This document shows, piece by piece, positions 24,364 through 32,000 of a stretch of DNA of 32,000 nt (position 1 is the stretch's first letter; every line of letters starts with the position of its first letter). The notes under the pieces are model-generated. The model was not told the DNA's origin. It saw only the letters and a program-made list of their open reading frames with translations, and searched no databases. Source of the DNA: Cylindrospermopsis raciborskii Cr2010 (GTDB lineage: Bacteria > Cyanobacteriota > Cyanobacteriia > Cyanobacteriales > Nostocaceae); the NCBI RefSeq assembly GCF_003367075.2, contig NZ_CP065936.1:3330001-3362000 (forward strand), written 5' to 3'. A program made the translations under genes and the position numbers.

Positions 24364-27300
24364 ATGGAATATTCTCAAAATCATAATGGTGGTAATCAAA
24401 GTAATCAAATTGCCATTATTGGTATGGCTTCCCTATTTCCCCAGTCAAAAAACTTGCAGGAGTATTGGCAGGTAATAGTGGATAAAATAGATTGCATTAC
24501 GGATGTGCCTGCTTCCCGTTGGAGCGTGGAAGACTATTATGATCCCAATCCTAAAGCACCAGATAAAACTTACTGTAAAAGAGGTGGGTTCATCCCCGAT
24601 ATTGATTTTAATCCTATGGAATTTGGTTTACCACCAAATATTCTAGAAGTGACAGATATTTCTCAATTATTGGGTTTAGTCGTCGCCAAAGCAGCTATGG
24701 AAGATGCTGGCTATGGTGAGTCTCAACAGTTTGATCGGGATCGCACAGGGGTAATATTAGGTGTGGCAATTGGTAGACAATTGGCAGTACCTTTGGGGTC
24801 ACGATTACAATATCCCGTTTGGAAAAAAGTTTTTAAAAACTGTGGACTTTCTGATGATGAGACTGAAAAAGTAATTGAGAAACTGAAAAGTGCCTACATA
24901 CAATGGGAGGAAAATGCGTTCCCTGGAATGTTGGCTAATGTAATTTCCGGGAGAATTGCCAACCGACTTGATTTGGGCGGAACTAATTGTGTAGTTGATG
25001 CTGCTTGCGCCAGTTCCCTGGGCGCACTGAATATGGCAATCAGCGAACTGCTTGCACATCGTGCTGATATGATGATTACAGGTGGGGTTGATACCGATAA
25101 TTCCATTTTTGCCTATATGTGTTTTAGTAAAACTCCCGCAGTTTCCCCCAGTGAAAAAGTTAGACCATTCGATGTGAATTCCGATGGTATGATGTTAGGT
25201 GAGGGCGTGGGAATGTTGGTACTCAAACGTCTGGAAGATGCTGTTAAAGATGGCGATCGCATTTATGCTGTAGTTAAGGGTATTGGCAGTTCCAGTGATG
25301 GTAAATACAAAAGCATTTATGCTCCCCATTCCCAAGGACAGGTAAAAGCCATTCGTCGGGCCTATGAAAATGCTGGTTTTGCGCCCCAAACTGTGGGTTT
25401 AATTGAAGCTCATGGTACGGGAACTATGGTAGGAGACCCCACGGAATTTACTTCAATCAATCAGGTGTTTGGTGATAATAACTCTCTAAAACAACACATA
25501 GCTTTAGGAACGGTTAAATCTCAAATTGGACACACAAAAGCTGCTGCGGGTGCTGCTAGTTTAATTAAAACCGCCTTGGCATTACATCATAAGGTGTTAC
25601 CACCAACTATTAACATTACCCAACCCCATCCCAAACTGAATATTGAAAATTCTCCCTTTTATTTAAATACGGAAACTAGACCATGGATTAGCAATCAACC
25701 GAGACGAGCTGGGGTGAGCGCCTTTGGTTTTGGAGGTACAAATTATCATGTAGTTTTGGAAGAATATGAATCGGAACATCATCAATCATATAGATTACAT
25801 AATTGCGCTAAGTCAATTTTCTTGAGCGCACCCACAACACCAGAATTATTATCCCAATGTCAACATCTTTATCAACAGTTGGAATCAACAGATAAAGAAC
25901 AACATTATCAAAGAATAATTGCCGAATCTGAACAATTGATAATTCCTGCTGATCATGCTAGAGTAGGATTCACGATCCTCTCTTTAAGCCAAGCAATAGC
26001 CCATTTAGCTATCATTATTGACTTGCTAAAAAATCAACCTTCCGTTGAGTTCTGGGAACATCCTAAAGGAATTTATTATCGTCAACAGGGTATGGAAACA
26101 ACCGGAAAAGTAGTGGCCTTATTTTCCGGACAAGGTTCCCAATATTTGGAAATGGGAAGAGAATTAGTAATTAACTTTCCTTGTTTACGACAAACCTACT
26201 CTCACCTGGATGATTTATTCTCCCGCGAGGGATTAGAACCTCTTTCTCAAGTGGTCTTCCCCACTCCAGTTTTCACTCCACAGGAACGACAAGAACAATT
26301 GGAAAAACTGCAAAGAACCGAATATGCACAACCAGCAATAGGAGTATTAAGTGCAGGATTATATAAAATATTGCAGCAAGCTGGATTGAAAGTTGATTTT
26401 GTTGCTGGACATAGCTTTGGAGAGTTAACAGCTCTATGGTCTGCAGGTGTATTAACTGAAGAAGATTATTTCTTTCTGGTCAAAGCTAGGGGAAAAGCAA
26501 TGTCCACACCCCCAGCAGTGGATGCTGGAGGAATGTTAGCAGTAAAAGGTAATATTAGCCAAGTAACGGAATTAATTAAAGACTTTCCCCAAGTTGCTAT
26601 TGCTAACTATAATTCCCAACAGCAAATAGTTCTAGCTGGGAATAAATCAGAAATTACTCAAGTACAGAATGTTCTGCAATCTAAGGGATTCTCCTGTTTC
26701 TTATTAGGGGTTTCCGCTGCTTTCCACACACCCTTAGTCTCCCATGCACAAAAACCCTTTGCCCATGCGATCGCACAAGTAAATTTTCAATCACCTCGCA
26801 TTCCGGTTTATAGCAATGTGACAGGAAAATTATATCCTAATGAACCTGCATCCATGCAAAAAATTCTCCAAGAACATTTATTAAATCAGGTGTTATTTCA
26901 ACAGCAGATTGAGAATATATATCAGGCTGGTGGTAATTGTTTTATTGAGGTTGGTCCGAAAAATGTCCTTACCAATTTAGTTAAAGAAATCCTGATAGAC
27001 AAGCCTCATATTGCGGTGGCATTAAATGCTAATTATCGTCAGGATAGTGATTTATTATTACGGGAAGCTGTTACCAAATTGAGAGTTTTTGGTGTACCAT
27101 TAAAAAACTTAGATCCCTATCAGATTCCTGCTAAAATTTCTTCATCTTCCCAGAAAAATGAACAAAAAACTTTGAATATCAGATTGAATGCTACCAATAT
27201 CAATGACAGATCACAAAAAGCATTTGCCCAGGCTTTAGCAACTGGTCCAGTTATCAAAAAGTCAACAGTTAGTGAAGATAACTATCAAATTCAGCCACAG

Positions 27301-30300
27301 AAAATATTAGTGGAGAAAAATCCTCAGATAAATCCAGAAATAATCTCATCAAGTATCCTCACTTCAAAAAATAGTTCTCAAGTCAAAAACCATAGTATAG
27401 TGGAACCAAAGATGGAAATTCCCGTGGAAAACTATGATCGACTTCTTGATAGTTTAGAACAATCATTAGCGGAATTTACTCGACAGCAAAGTGAAATTAA
27501 TCAGGTACATCAACAGTCTTTACAAAATCAAATGGAGTACAATAAAACCTTTTACGAATTAATGCAGCAACAGTGTTTGTTCCTAGCTAAGGAAGAAACT
27601 AATGAATATCAAGCCCAAACACAACAGTTAGCAATTTCTAGTACGGAACGTAGCATGATGCGACTACATGACCATCAAGCTGAAACTATTCGTATTCATG
27701 AAAAATATCTCAATTATCAACAGGAGTATACCAATAATTACTTTCAATTACTTGAGCAGCACTATAGCTTGTTCGAGGTAGGATCTCCTAATGGGTATCC
27801 TCATCTTCCATCTTCCCATGTTGCACAAAGTGACCCACCAGCACAAAAGTTAATTTATCCTCTGGAACCGGAAAATAATTCCCAGAATAATCTACCTGAC
27901 ATTACAGTTGGTTTCCCCATAGCTACCTACCTTGATAAAGAAAAACTGAGGGACACCCTGATCAATATTGTCAGTGATAAAACGGGTTATCCTGTGGAAA
28001 TGTTGGACTTGTCAATGGACATTGAAGCAGATTTAGGAATTGACTCTATCAAAAGAGTGGAAATTCTGGGAGGACTTTTAGAACTTTACCCCGATCTACC
28101 CAGACCTAACCCAGAAGAATTAGCGCAATTGGCAACTCTGGAACAAATTGCTGAGTATATAAACAACTTAATTACACAGGTGTATGAAAATCAACCCGTA
28201 GAGGAGACAGTAGGGAGCGGAAAATCTCCCTTATCTCAAGAAATCCCTGTAAAAGCAATCAACGAACAGACAGCAACCATAGAAACCCCATCACCTGTTA
28301 CCGAACTTGATAATCATCCACAATTCTTGGTTTTATCCCATGAAGATTCATTAGATAGATCCCATCAACCAACAATCACCATTCCCGATAATTTAAGTCA
28401 GATCTTGCTCACTATTGTGAGTGATAAAACAGGTTATCCTGCAGAAATGTTAGACCTGTCCATGGATATGGAAGCAGATTTAGGAATTGACTCTATCAAA
28501 AGAGTAGAAATTCTGGGAGGACTTTTAGAACTTTACCCCGATCTACCCAGACCTAACCCAGAAGAATTAGCACAATTGCGGACCCTGGGAGAAATTGCTG
28601 AGTATATGCGCCATCAAGCTGAAACTGTGGAGAGGTCGAATTTATCCCCATTAGAAAAACCAGATATGTCAACCACGGAAGTAGGGGATAAAATCCTGCG
28701 CCTTCCAGTGCAATTAAAACCACTTCCTCAACCAGACAGTTTAGATTTAACCATTCCAGAAAATCACTTTGTCTTAATTACTAATGATGGTTCAGAAGTT
28801 ACCCATAGGTTAGTAGCTAAGCTCGCAGATAAAGGATGTAAAACTGTTGTTTTAACCTTTCCATGCTTGGAGTCAAACCTATCGGAGGAGATTGCTCAAA
28901 TCAGATTAAACGATTGGCATGAAGAAACTTTGCAAGAACATTTGACCGAACTTACCACCAAGTTTGGTCCTGTGGGTGGTTTTATTCATCTACATCCTAA
29001 CTCCAACAATAATTTGGGAATGGATAAAGCCATTGTTCAGCACGTGTTTTTAATTGCCAAACACCTGAAGGAAGATCTCAATCAACTGGCTAAAAAAGAA
29101 CGTGCTTGCTTTTTTGCAGTTGTGAGATTAGATGGTGAATTAGGAACGGCAAAAACTCACAACTTTAGTCCTATTAGTGGAGGATTATTTGGACTAACTA
29201 AAAGTTTAAATCAAGAATGGCCAGAAGTATTTTGTCGTACCCTGGATTTAAGTCCTGATTTAGATGCGGACACAACCGTAAAACATATTCTGGCTGAATT
29301 GCAAGATCCTAATTTATTAGTTACCGAGGTAGGATACAATAAAGTAGACAGGTTTACCTTAGTAGCAGAACCTGGTAAATCATCCATCATTCCCGATTCA
29401 TTAAATATTACTAAAAACCAGGTTTTTTTAGTTAGTGGGGGTGCTAAGGGAATTACTGCCAAATGTGTAATCAAATTGGCTGAAGAATACCAATGCAAGT
29501 TTATTCTTTTAGGACGTTCTAGTGCAGAAATTGAACCTGTTTGGTCTGAAGGATATGAAGATGAAAATGAACTGAAACGGCAAATCATGGAAGATTTTCT
29601 CGCCAAGGGAGAAAAACCCACTCCCATAATGGTGCAGAAAAAATATCAGACTATTTCCTCCCAAAGAGAAATACACAATACATTAAAAGCAATTACTGAA
29701 GCAGGAGGAAAAGCAGAATATGTCTGTGTTGATATCACCGATGGTATGATGTTGAGAGAAAAGCTAACACCTATAATTGACCAATTTGGTACTATTACTG
29801 GAATCATTCATGGTGCGGGTAACTTAGCAGATAAAAGAATTGAGAAAAAGACGGTTCAAGATTTTGAAACAGTTTATGCTGCCAAAGTCCAGGGTTTACA
29901 AAACCTACTCAATATTGTGGAAACAAATCAACTGGAATATTTAATCCTATTTTCTTCAGTAGTGGGATTTTATGGTAATGTTGGACAGACGGACTATGCA
30001 ATAGCCAACGAAATTCTTAACAAATCAGCTCATGTAATTAAACATAAACACCCTAATTGTCATGTAGTTTCCATTAATTGGGGTCCTTGGGATAGTGGTA
30101 TGGTTTCTCCAGAATTACAGACAGCATTTGCACAACGAGGAATTAAAACCATTCCCCAAGAACTGGGTAGTAGTATCTTAGTTGATCAACTAAGAAATAG
30201 TGATTCAACTATGACCCAAGTAGTAATTGGTAGTCCCTTAGTCTATATTCCTTCTACCTTGTCTAGTGAACTAAAAACCCATCAAATTACCCGTCAATTA

Positions 30301-31107
30301 AAGTTAAACTATAACCCATTTTTACAGGATCATGTGATTGCGGGTAATCCTGTTCTTCCCGCAACTTGTGGACTGTCCTGGATATCTAGCAGTTGTGAAC
30401 AACTCTATCCTGGTTTCCAAACTTTCCACTGTCCTAACTTTAAAGTCCTTAAAGGAATTGTTTTTGACCAAAATTCCCCCCATGAATATATTCTTGAAAT
30501 TCAAGAAGTTGCTAAAATTGACAATCAAGAAATTCAGCTTGCGGGCAAAATTAGTAGTGTTACCAACCATGGAAAAATCAGATATCATTTTAGTAGCAAC
30601 CTAATTTTGAAAAGACAAATTCCTTTAGCTGATAACTATGAACTTTTTAACCTAACCCAAGATGGTCAATTCCTAGCGAGCAATTCCTTACTATATCAAA
30701 CTGGTGGTGGTAGTTTATTTCATGGTAATACTTTTCAAGGGGTAAAATCTGTGTTAAATATCAGTCCCGGTAAACTGACTATGAAATGTGAACTACCCGA
30801 ACCCACATTATACCAACAGGGACAATTTAGAGTACAGACTCTTAACCCCTATATAGCAGATGTGCAGATACATTCTCTGTGGATTTGGACTCAACACTTT
30901 CATCAAGTTGGTTGTTTACCATCAGAAATTGAAAATTTTGAACAATTTGCACCCGTTCCCTTTGGAGAAACGTTTTATGTAACTTGTGAAATCAAATCCA
31001 AAACCGAATCTTATGTAGTTGCTGATGTAATTACTCACAATCAAAAAGGACAAGTTTATAATCAGATGAAGGCATCAAAAGCTACAATCTTACCCAATAG
31101 CTACTAA
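24364..31107 (+). CDS. hglE: PfaA/HglE-type iterative type I polyketide synthase (KS-AT-Q/H-rich repeat-ACP-ACP-KR-DH)
   Basis: Continuous ORF to TAA 31105-31107. All domain signatures were read directly (see domain features). Start is ambiguous: TTG 24244, ATG 24265, or ATG 24364. ATG 24364 has AGGA 9 nt upstream and leaves 15 aa before IAIIGMASLFP. The symbol is assigned from architecture plus the devBCA-like neighbour and is not verified by search. Confidence 0.85.
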   Translation: MEYSQNHNGGNQSNQIAIIGMASLFPQSKNLQEYWQVIVDKIDCITDVPASRWSVEDYYDPNPKAPDKTYCKRGGFIPDIDFNPMEFGLPPNILEVTDISQLLGLVVAKAAMEDAGYGESQQFDRDRTGVILGVAIGRQLAVPLGSRLQYPVWKKVFKNCGLSDDETEKVIEKLKSAYIQWEENAFPGMLANVISGRIANRLDLGGTNCVVDAACASSLGALNMAISELLAHRADMMITGGVDTDNSIFAYMCFSKTPAVSPSEKVRPFDVNSDGMMLGEGVGMLVLKRLEDAVKDGDRIYAVVKGIGSSSDGKYKSIYAPHSQGQVKAIRRAYENAGFAPQTVGLIEAHGTGTMVGDPTEFTSINQVFGDNNSLKQHIALGTVKSQIGHTKAAAGAASLIKTALALHHKVLPPTINITQPHPKLNIENSPFYLNTETRPWISNQPRRAGVSAFGFGGTNYHVVLEEYESEHHQSYRLHNCAKSIFLSAPTTPELLSQCQHLYQQLESTDKEQHYQRIIAESEQLIIPADHARVGFTILSLSQAIAHLAIIIDLLKNQPSVEFWEHPKGIYYRQQGMETTGKVVALFSGQGSQYLEMGRELVINFPCLRQTYSHLDDLFSREGLEPLSQVVFPTPVFTPQERQEQLEKLQRTEYAQPAIGVLSAGLYKILQQAGLKVDFVAGHSFGELTALWSAGVLTEEDYFFLVKARGKAMSTPPAVDAGGMLAVKGNISQVTELIKDFPQVAIANYNSQQQIVLAGNKSEITQVQNVLQSKGFSCFLLGVSAAFHTPLVSHAQKPFAHAIAQVNFQSPRIPVYSNVTGKLYPNEPASMQKILQEHLLNQVLFQQQIENIYQAGGNCFIEVGPKNVLTNLVKEILIDKPHIAVALNANYRQDSDLLLREAVTKLRVFGVPLKNLDPYQIPAKISSSSQKNEQKTLNIRLNATNINDRSQKAFAQALATGPVIKKSTVSEDNYQIQPQKILVEKNPQINPEIISSSILTSKNSSQVKNHSIVEPKMEIPVENYDRLLDSLEQSLAEFTRQQSEINQVHQQSLQNQMEYNKTFYELMQQQCLFLAKEETNEYQAQTQQLAISSTERSMMRLHDHQAETIRIHEKYLNYQQEYTNNYFQLLEQHYSLFEVGSPNGYPHLPSSHVAQSDPPAQKLIYPLEPENNSQNNLPDITVGFPIATYLDKEKLRDTLINIVSDKTGYPVEMLDLSMDIEADLGIDSIKRVEILGGLLELYPDLPRPNPEELAQLATLEQIAEYINNLITQVYENQPVEETVGSGKSPLSQEIPVKAINEQTATIETPSPVTELDNHPQFLVLSHEDSLDRSHQPTITIPDNLSQILLTIVSDKTGYPAEMLDLSMDMEADLGIDSIKRVEILGGLLELYPDLPRPNPEELAQLRTLGEIAEYMRHQAETVERSNLSPLEKPDMSTTEVGDKILRLPVQLKPLPQPDSLDLTIPENHFVLITNDGSEVTHRLVAKLADKGCKTVVLTFPCLESNLSEEIAQIRLNDWHEETLQEHLTELTTKFGPVGGFIHLHPNSNNNLGMDKAIVQHVFLIAKHLKEDLNQLAKKERACFFAVVRLDGELGTAKTHNFSPISGGLFGLTKSLNQEWPEVFCRTLDLSPDLDADTTVKHILAELQDPNLLVTEVGYNKVDRFTLVAEPGKSSIIPDSLNITKNQVFLVSGGAKGITAKCVIKLAEEYQCKFILLGRSSAEIEPVWSEGYEDENELKRQIMEDFLAKGEKPTPIMVQKKYQTISSQREIHNTLKAITEAGGKAEYVCVDITDGMMLREKLTPIIDQFGTITGIIHGAGNLADKRIEKKTVQDFETVYAAKVQGLQNLLNIVETNQLEYLILFSSVVGFYGNVGQTDYAIANEILNKSAHVIKHKHPNCHVVSINWGPWDSGMVSPELQTAFAQRGIKTIPQELGSSILVDQLRNSDSTMTQVVIGSPLVYIPSTLSSELKTHQITRQLKLNYNPFLQDHVIAGNPVLPATCGLSWISSSCEQLYPGFQTFHCPNFKVLKGIVFDQNSPHEYILEIQEVAKIDNQEIQLAGKISSVTNHGKIRYHFSSNLILKRQIPLADNYELFNLTQDGQFLASNSLLYQTGGGSLFHGNTFQGVKSVLNISPGKLTMKCELPEPTLYQQGQFRVQTLNPYIADVQIHSLWIWTQHFHQVGCLPSEIENFEQFAPVPFGETFYVTCEIKSKTESYVVADVITHNQKGQVYNQMKASKATILPNSY
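24406..25767 (+). other. PKS domain: ketosynthase (active)
   Basis: IAIIGMASLFPQ, active-site VDAACASSL (Cys255 counted from TTG 24244, codon 25006-25008), EAHGTGT (His390), GHTKAAAG (His430) and GFGGTNYHVVLEE. Confidence 0.9.
26107..26988 (+). other. PKS domain: acyltransferase (malonyl-type)
   Basis: LFSGQGSQYLEMG, GHSFGE (Ser724, codon 26413-26415), an Arg in VKARGKAM, and SAAFHTPLV. Confidence 0.85.
27424..27774 (+). other. Q/H/Y-rich predicted helical segment with two internal repeats, between AT and ACP1
   Basis: QVHQQSLQNQMEYNKTFYELMQQQ (from aa 1087) and RIHEKYLNYQQEYTNNYFQLLEQH (from aa 1150) align as x(V/I)Hxx.LxxQxEYxxx(F/Y)(Y/F)xL(M/L)xQ. Confidence 0.6.
27925..28167 (+). other. 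PKS domain: ACP1
   Basis: DLGIDSIKRVEILGGL with phosphopantetheine Ser1268 (codon 28045-28047). This is a PUFA-synthase-type ACP signature. Confidence 0.9.
27967..28160 (+). repeat. Direct repeat unit 1 (ACP1 core), 447-bp period
   Basis: It aligns without gaps to 28414-28607, with about 17 mismatches in 194 nt by hand count. The central ~110 nt (gcagatttaggaattgactctatcaaaagagt ... gaagaattagc) differ at only one position. Confidence 0.9.
28372..28614 (+). other. PKS domain: ACP2
   Basis: DLGIDSIKRVEILGGL with Ser1417 (codon 28492-28494), exactly 149 codons after ACP1. Confidence 0.9.
28414..28607 (+). repeat. Direct repeat unit 2 (ACP2 core)
   Basis: See unit 1; the offset is exactly 447 nt. 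Confidence 0.9.
28756..30228 (+). other. PKS domain: ketoreductase (structural plus catalytic subdomains)
   Basis: Rossmann motif VFLVSGGAKGITAKCVIKLAEEYQCKFILLGRS, then IIHGAGNLADK, and the catalytic region LFSSVVGFYGNVGQTDYAIANE (Ser/Tyr/Asn). Confidence 0.85.
30277..31104 (+). other. PKS domain: PKS-type dehydratase (double hot-dog), catalytic residues intact
   Basis: HxxxGxxxxP motif LQDHVIAGNPVLPA (His2030, codon 30331-30333), LFHGNTFQGV, and the DxxxH/Q motif ADVQIHSL (Asp2206). Confidence 0.75.
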
Positions 31108-31125
31108 TAAGCAAATTCAGTCAAG

Positions 31126-31230
31126 GTAAGTGGGTGGGTGGAATTAAATATAAGATGAACGTAGGTTGGGTTGAAGTATGAAACCCAACACCACGGGTTA
31201 CGCTACCAAATAATTGTGCCTCCCTACTTA
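31126..31230 (+). mobile_element. MITE-like dispersed repeat, copy D
   Basis: gtaagtgggtgggtggaattaaatataagatgaacgtaggttgggttgaagtatgaaacccaac...ccaaataattgtgcctccctactta. It sits in the 168-bp spacer between the PKS stop and the next PKS-cluster ORF. Confidence 0.85.
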
Positions 31231-31275
31231 ATTGGGCTTTGTAAGACTCGTCAAATTTAAAAATGGAGAATTGTC

Positions 31276-32000
31276 ATGCAGGAGTTAATAGAAAATCTAT
31301 TTCAGAAAATGGCAATTGTGGGGTTAGATTGCCTAGTGAGTGGTTCTCAGGAACTAGATAGTTTTGAACGTAGTATTTATGAAGGAAAGCAGAATTTTAC
31401 ACCTATTAACTATAATCTTGAGCCATCATGGAAAATTCCTTTACCACAGATAGAAAATTTATCACCACCACAAAAACTAATGTTAAAGGTGGCTGAGAAT
31501 ACTCTCAAAACTGCTAACTTAAGTCAAGAAACTCAAATAGCAGTGATATTGGTGAGTAGGTTCCAAAGTGACCACCAAAATAAATTGGCTAGTTATATTT
31601 CCCAGTTATGGAATGCAACAAGTCCAGCATTCGCTGAAGAAAAATCGGTCTTTTCAGCATTAGATTTAGCACAAAAACTACTCACTAAAAATCAAGTAAA
31701 TGCTGTTTTAATAGCAGCAATAGATTGGGATCACAAAAATTCTGAAAATTTTGAGACTCATACAGGTCAACAGACTCTCAGCTATGACCAAAATGCTACT
31801 AAGACTTTGTCAGGAGAAGGAATAGCAACAATAATTTTGCAACTGGAAGAAACGGCCAAACAACAAAATTCTCACATTTATGCAGTAATTGATGCTGTCA
31901 GTATGGTGGATCAGTATCCAGACCAAGCACAAGCAGTTACCCGCTGTTGTCAAGCAGCTTTTGAGATAGCAGAAGTTACAGCTCAAGATATTGGTTATAT
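31276..32000 (+). CDS. KS-like (ketosynthase-fold) protein lacking the active-site cysteine; 3' end outside the window
   Basis: Not in the supplied ORF track because no stop falls within the window. I translated it by hand and it is open from ATG 31276 to 32000: MQELIENLFQKMAIVGLDCLVSGSQELDSFERSIYEGKQNF ... SPAFAEEKSVFSALDLAQKLL ... SGEGIATIILQLEETAKQQNSHIYAVIDAV. It has KS-like N-terminal IVG, a G.G..vvvL...A......iYAvI pattern, and the position of DTACSSSL reads EKSVFSAL. Confidence 0.7.
   Translation, partial: MQELIENLFQKMAIVGLDCLVSGSQELDSFERSIYEGKQNFTPINYNLEPSWKIPLPQIENLSPPQKLMLKVAENTLKTANLSQETQIAVILVSRFQSDHQNKLASYISQLWNATSPAFAEEKSVFSALDLAQKLLTKNQVNAVLIAAIDWDHKNSENFETHTGQQTLSYDQNATKTLSGEGIATIILQLEETAKQQNSHIYAVIDAVSMVDQYPDQAQAVTRCCQAAFEIAEVTAQDIGY

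Noticed and set aside
24805-25389. Three antisense ORFs (64-84 aa) inside the KS domain, and similar ones at 29211-29627 and 30322-30604 (both strands)
   Set aside because: They are fully embedded in a continuous 2287-codon frame that carries every PKS catalytic motif. Their sequences are low-complexity and lack starts with ribosome-binding sites.
27967-28607. The near-identical ACP repeats as an assembly artefact
   Set aside because: The two units have distinct flanking substitutions and unrelated linkers. The frame is maintained with an exact 149-codon offset, so a genuine tandem-ACP architecture (normal for PfaA/HglE-type PKSs) is the simpler explanation.
1-32000. Search for CRISPR arrays, tRNA/rRNA genes, transposases, integrases and phage genes
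   Set aside because: No regularly spaced direct repeats, no tRNA-like GTTCRA T-arm contexts, and no transposase- or integrase-like ORFs were seen. The only mobile-type sequences are the non-autonomous MITE-like repeats.

Overview
AT-rich chromosomal segment that looks like a filamentous, probably heterocyst-forming (Nostocales-type) cyanobacterium. Evidence for this: 12 copies of the cyanobacterial HIP1 palindrome GCGATCGC, a rpmG-rpsR pair, DevBCA-family exporter genes and a PfaA/HglE-type PKS. No rRNA, tRNA or CRISPR array was recognised. Layout: (1) 1-9.9 kb is housekeeping: 3' end of an RND efflux pump, an LpxB-related GT-B protein, family-4 uracil-DNA glycosylase, a RodZ-like HTH membrane protein, gatA, rpmG, rpsR, an RNase II/R exoribonuclease and radC. 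(2) 9.9-17.9 kb is an accessory polysaccharide cluster, HIP1-free and more AT-rich by eye. It holds a Wzt/TagH-type ABC ATPase with no permease partner, a 637-aa GlfT2-like galactofuranosyltransferase coupled to UDP-galactopyranose mutase (glf), a CmcI-like methyltransferase, a second GlfT-like GT2 with a hydrophobic tail, and a classical GT2. (3) 17.9-19.5 kb is a stand-alone AAA-ATPase/PD-(D/E)XK fusion protein. (4) 19.5-32 kb is a heterocyst-glycolipid-type island. A devB-devC-devA-like exporter operon on the minus strand is preceded by a 107-aa ORF. Across a long non-coding region it faces a ~2250-aa PKS (KS-AT-Q/H-rich repeat-ACP-ACP-KR-DH), followed by a KS-like ORF with no active-site Cys that runs off the window. 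A ~105-bp MITE-like element with imperfect terminal inverted repeats and a conserved GTTGGGTT/AACCCAAC hairpin occurs 4 times (4191, 15379, 19492, 31126), always in intergenic spacers. Two copies sit inside apparent operons and one abuts a truncated NagB/Pgl-like gene remnant. The most interesting candidate is the mycobacterial-style Glf/GlfT2 galactofuranan module next to the glycolipid island. All functional calls rest on motif recognition by eye; no database search was possible.
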